A stretch of DNA of 64,000 bases. It comes from Setoptus koraiensis (lineage: Eukaryota; Animalia; Arthropoda). The stretch covers positions 15,748,001 to 15,812,000 of the forward strand of contig CM106585.1 in the NCBI GenBank assembly GCA_048013815.1, written 5' to 3'. The position numbers and the translations under genes are program-made. Shown one piece after another: positions 60,746 to 64,000 of this stretch. A model generated the notes under the pieces. The model was not told the DNA's origin, did not search any database, and saw only the letters and a program-made list of their open reading frames with translations. Within the stretch, counting starts at the first letter, position 1. Each line of letters opens with the position of its first letter.

Positions 60746-63700
60746 GCACGAGCGGCCTTCACGGCTTCCGAAGCCGTGAAAGCGCCATCGGCGGGCCGCC
60801 CACTTGGGCGCATCGGGCACACAGATTAGACAGCGGATAAGCCGATGCGTGTGATCATGATGAATTAGTATTGTTGTTGGCAGCGCACCAACAAAACAGC
60901 CAATCAATATTATATATTTTGTCTGGCCAACTTTTGCGTGCCTATGCCGCGCCGATTGTTGCGCCAATCGGCCAACAATCGGCGGGCCGGCTCGCACTTT
61001 TCAATTGGCCATTGCCAATTCAACTAACAACGGGCTCGTTGGCCGAATCGGGCCGCTTGTCGGGCAAACTGGCTGTCGAAACAACACACACAACTTGATG
61101 AATGAGACGACATGAATGAGCTCTCGCGATGTTGGCAAACAAACGTTTGCCAACACCGCCAACGAACACAATTGAAAAGTGACTGGTCGACCGTTTCAGT
61201 AAACGGTTTCACCGTCAAACTCAAAAGGAGGCCCATTGACGGGGGCGTGCCCGCACCAGTGAGACGGGCCCGGGCGGGCGACCCGGGCAACTGCGGCACA
61301 GTGGCCACTATTAATTTCCATCTCGTTTGTGTAATGAGAGTTTCGCTCGCCTTATGAGATGAGGCTGACAGGGAGACGGGCGTTTCTCGGCATTTCAATG
61401 GGGCGAGCAGCACAATTGAAACTGTTGTTAGTGGCGCGAACAGCAACAACGAGCAACAACAACAAAGCGAAACAACAAAGTGAAACAATGCAGCCAGTTG
61501 GGCGAGCAACTCGCCGCCGGCTCGAAGGGGTTCGCGGTGACTCACAGCCCGCGAGCGCCGCGACTTGGCCAACGGGCCGGCCGAGCGGCGCTCCTGCTCG
61601 GCGCTCGAATCGCGCCCGATATTGCGTTCGAACTTGCGAACTCGAAGGCCGCCCGAGCCAACAACGACAACAGTCGACGATGCACAAAAGATTCCTTCTC
61701 GGCACCGCTGCGGCTCAACGAGCCACCAGCTCGCCAGTTTGGCCGCCAGTTTGGTGGCCGGTGAGCCGACCGAGTCGGGCCACTCTGGCCAGTGGTCACT
61801 GGCCGCACTGGCCCGACGCTGACCAGGCCGAGACGCTGGCGCTGGCGCCCGCTTCAGTGCCGGCCAGCGCTCTCGCGGCCACGTCAGACACGGCCTTTCA
61901 GACGTTACGTAACGGCACTCGAACAGTCAATTAGTGTTGGCGCTCACTGCGCGCTTCCTGAAGTCGGGCCGCCGCTATCCATCATGGCGCCACTGTTACG
62001 TGTTACTTTACAACTTTATAACGGAACGTCGTCATTTATTTGGACAAATCGAGCGACATCGGAGCTGGCCACTTCCGCCGGGCCCGCCGACTCTGAAATC
62101 AATTGTTCGTACACGTTGGTGCCGTCGCTGCTATGGGACATTGATCGCCGGTGGCAGCCAATTGAGGCCGCAGCCTTCAGTGGTCATGCGTACCTTTTAT
62201 TGTTATTAGTGCTCTAAATCACTGCTCTCAAATCTCAATTTTCGGCCGCCGGCTCAAGTGACCGCTGGCCCCACCTGACTACGGTGCGCGCCGTAACGCG
62301 TTTCGTTGCGCGCCGTAACGGTCACAAATTGAGTGCGTCTGGGGGCGGACGGATAAGCAAACTGGGGCGACATTTTTCGACAGTCGCTCGCAATTGGAGG
62401 TGTTGGCGGCGCTGGCCGGCTCAATCACGCCCAATGTGCACAAATTGCACATTTGGGCCAATTGCAGCTCGCAACTCGCGGCCAATCTCAACAAGCGGCT
62501 CAAACTGGCAACGATGTCGCTCGCCGGGCCCCACTGACAGCACCAGCCGGGTAGCTCGTACACAGGTAACATCGGCGGCAGTGATAGGGCGATCACGTTC
62601 GACCGGGCTACGGCCGCGGCCAGCAACCATTAGCGGTGCAGTTTGCAGCCGGGCAGCGTTTGTTTGGCTTGCGCTCGCTTTGCGCTCGCTGGACACGCGC
62701 CCGTTGGCAGCCGCTGGCGCCCGTTGGCAGCCGCTGGCGCTCGCCAGCGCGACGGATAAAACAAGGGGCGCCGAGGGGCCGCGTGAGCGAGCGTGTGCGG
62801 GGCGGGGGCGGACGGCGTGATGGTGGCGCCCGTCGCGTTCAATCGGATCGACGGCCGGATCGGGTCTGGCGCGGTCGTTTTGCGAGGCCGTCGCTTTGGT
62901 TGCTTCGGTCGCTTTGGTCGCTCGGGCCGCCACGCCGTGACATCAAGCACCAACTTGGCGTGAGCTGACAGACACACTGACCCGGCTGTGCTGGGCAACG
63001 TATGGCCGGGCCAGTAATTATTTGTCCGGCCCGGTGCATTAGGGCGCAGTCAACATACATGCAGCACACACATCGCATATTATGTTATATAATGTTATGT
63101 AACATGCATCGCATGTTATGTATACCGTGTGTGCTGAGCGACATGCTGTGCGATGCGCGATATGCTGTGTATGTGCGATGTGCGATATGGGTGCTGGGGC
63201 CCCGCGCAAGCGTGCCGCCGGCCGCAAGCACTCGTGTCGAGTCGCCATGTTAAATGTTAGTTTTAACATGACAGTCGTAATGATTTCCATTTCAATCCTC
63301 GCCGATGATGATGACGACGACTAATATCGCGCAGCGCCAATTCAGACAATTCATGCCGATGATTATCTCGCTCATTTGCTCTACTTGTTCACAGCGAACA
63401 GCGACGACGGCAACAACAACAACAGCAACGAACAAACATTACGTGTGCCGGCGCCGGATCATGCTCACTTTGACCGACTGACTAACTGGGGCCGCTGGCG
63501 CTCGCCATGACACACACACTCGCTATGATAGTATGAGACTTAGAGGCACACACACGCCAATTGGCGCAGAGCGGCGCGCCGATCGGCCCGTAATGATCAT
63601 TACATGACAAACAACAATTATCCCGTCGCTTGGCCCGCTGTCGCGACTCGGCCCACTCTCACGATTCGCGGCCCGGCTAGACGGCGCGCGGTGTCGCATT

Positions 63701-64000
63701 TGGGGGCGCGCGTGATCGCGCGCGCGCGCCACAACAAACGGATATAATCTCGTTGGGGCACGCTCGTGGGGCACGCTCGTGGGGCACCGTTGTCAGCAGC
63801 GACAGACGACCGGCTGACAACGCTGCTGCCAGTGATCCCGGCACGCTGCTTATACGTAACGTATACACATGTACGTGTGTAATGCACGGCGAGCCAGTGT
63901 GAAAATAAACAACAAATGCGCGCCTATCACGGGCCAGGTGACGGGCTTGCTGGTGTGTTGTGTGTGTGTGTTTGTGCGGTCGGAGCGGGGCCCCACTGCC

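Noticed and set aside
30500-64000. Hundreds of overlapping 60-330 aa ORFs on both strands
   Set aside because: R/A/G/P/C-rich translations expected from GC-rich, stop-poor, repeat-laden DNA; none has a recognisable domain apart from the robo exons.
12050-64000. Transposons, rRNA or tRNA genes
   Set aside because: No transposase/RT ORF, long terminal or inverted repeats, rRNA signature or cloverleaf with A/B boxes seen.

Overview
Eukaryotic (animal, most likely arthropod) nuclear DNA with three zones. (1) 1-~12,050: two strand-asymmetric low-complexity tracts separated by a 500-N scaffold gap. 1-10,130 is T/G(/A) with almost no C. 10,631-~12,050 is A/C(/T) with almost no G and grades into normal sequence; it is either a long-read/consensus artefact at a contig end or an unusual telomere-polarity end structure. 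(2) ~14.0-25.8 kb: six tightly packed, AT-rich housekeeping genes whose coding regions appear intronless: COG1 (-), RABL6 (+), a catalytic-domain-only MTHFR (+), MED30 (+), Rpn6/PSMD11 (-) and an eIF4G without MA3/W2 domains (+). Several are shorter than their vertebrate orthologues. (3) 26.0-64 kb: a roundabout (robo) gene on the minus strand. Four exons are resolved with phase-consistent splice sites (Ig2; two halves of Ig3; one 4-kb exon for Ig4-Ig5-3xFN3-TM-cytodomain). They are followed by ~30 kb of GC/CpG-rich non-coding DNA in which I could not find the Ig1/signal-peptide exon. That DNA is full of 8-20 nt tandem microduplications, short palindromes, a perfect 19-bp hairpin and >30 PAR-bZIP/C/EBP-type TT(A/G)(C/T)G(C/T)AA sites. 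Intronless, shortened housekeeping genes resemble the streamlined genomes of eriophyoid mites (inference only). No rRNA, tRNA, CRISPR array or intact mobile element is supported. All counts are by-eye tallies, and family assignments come from remembered motifs, not from database searches.
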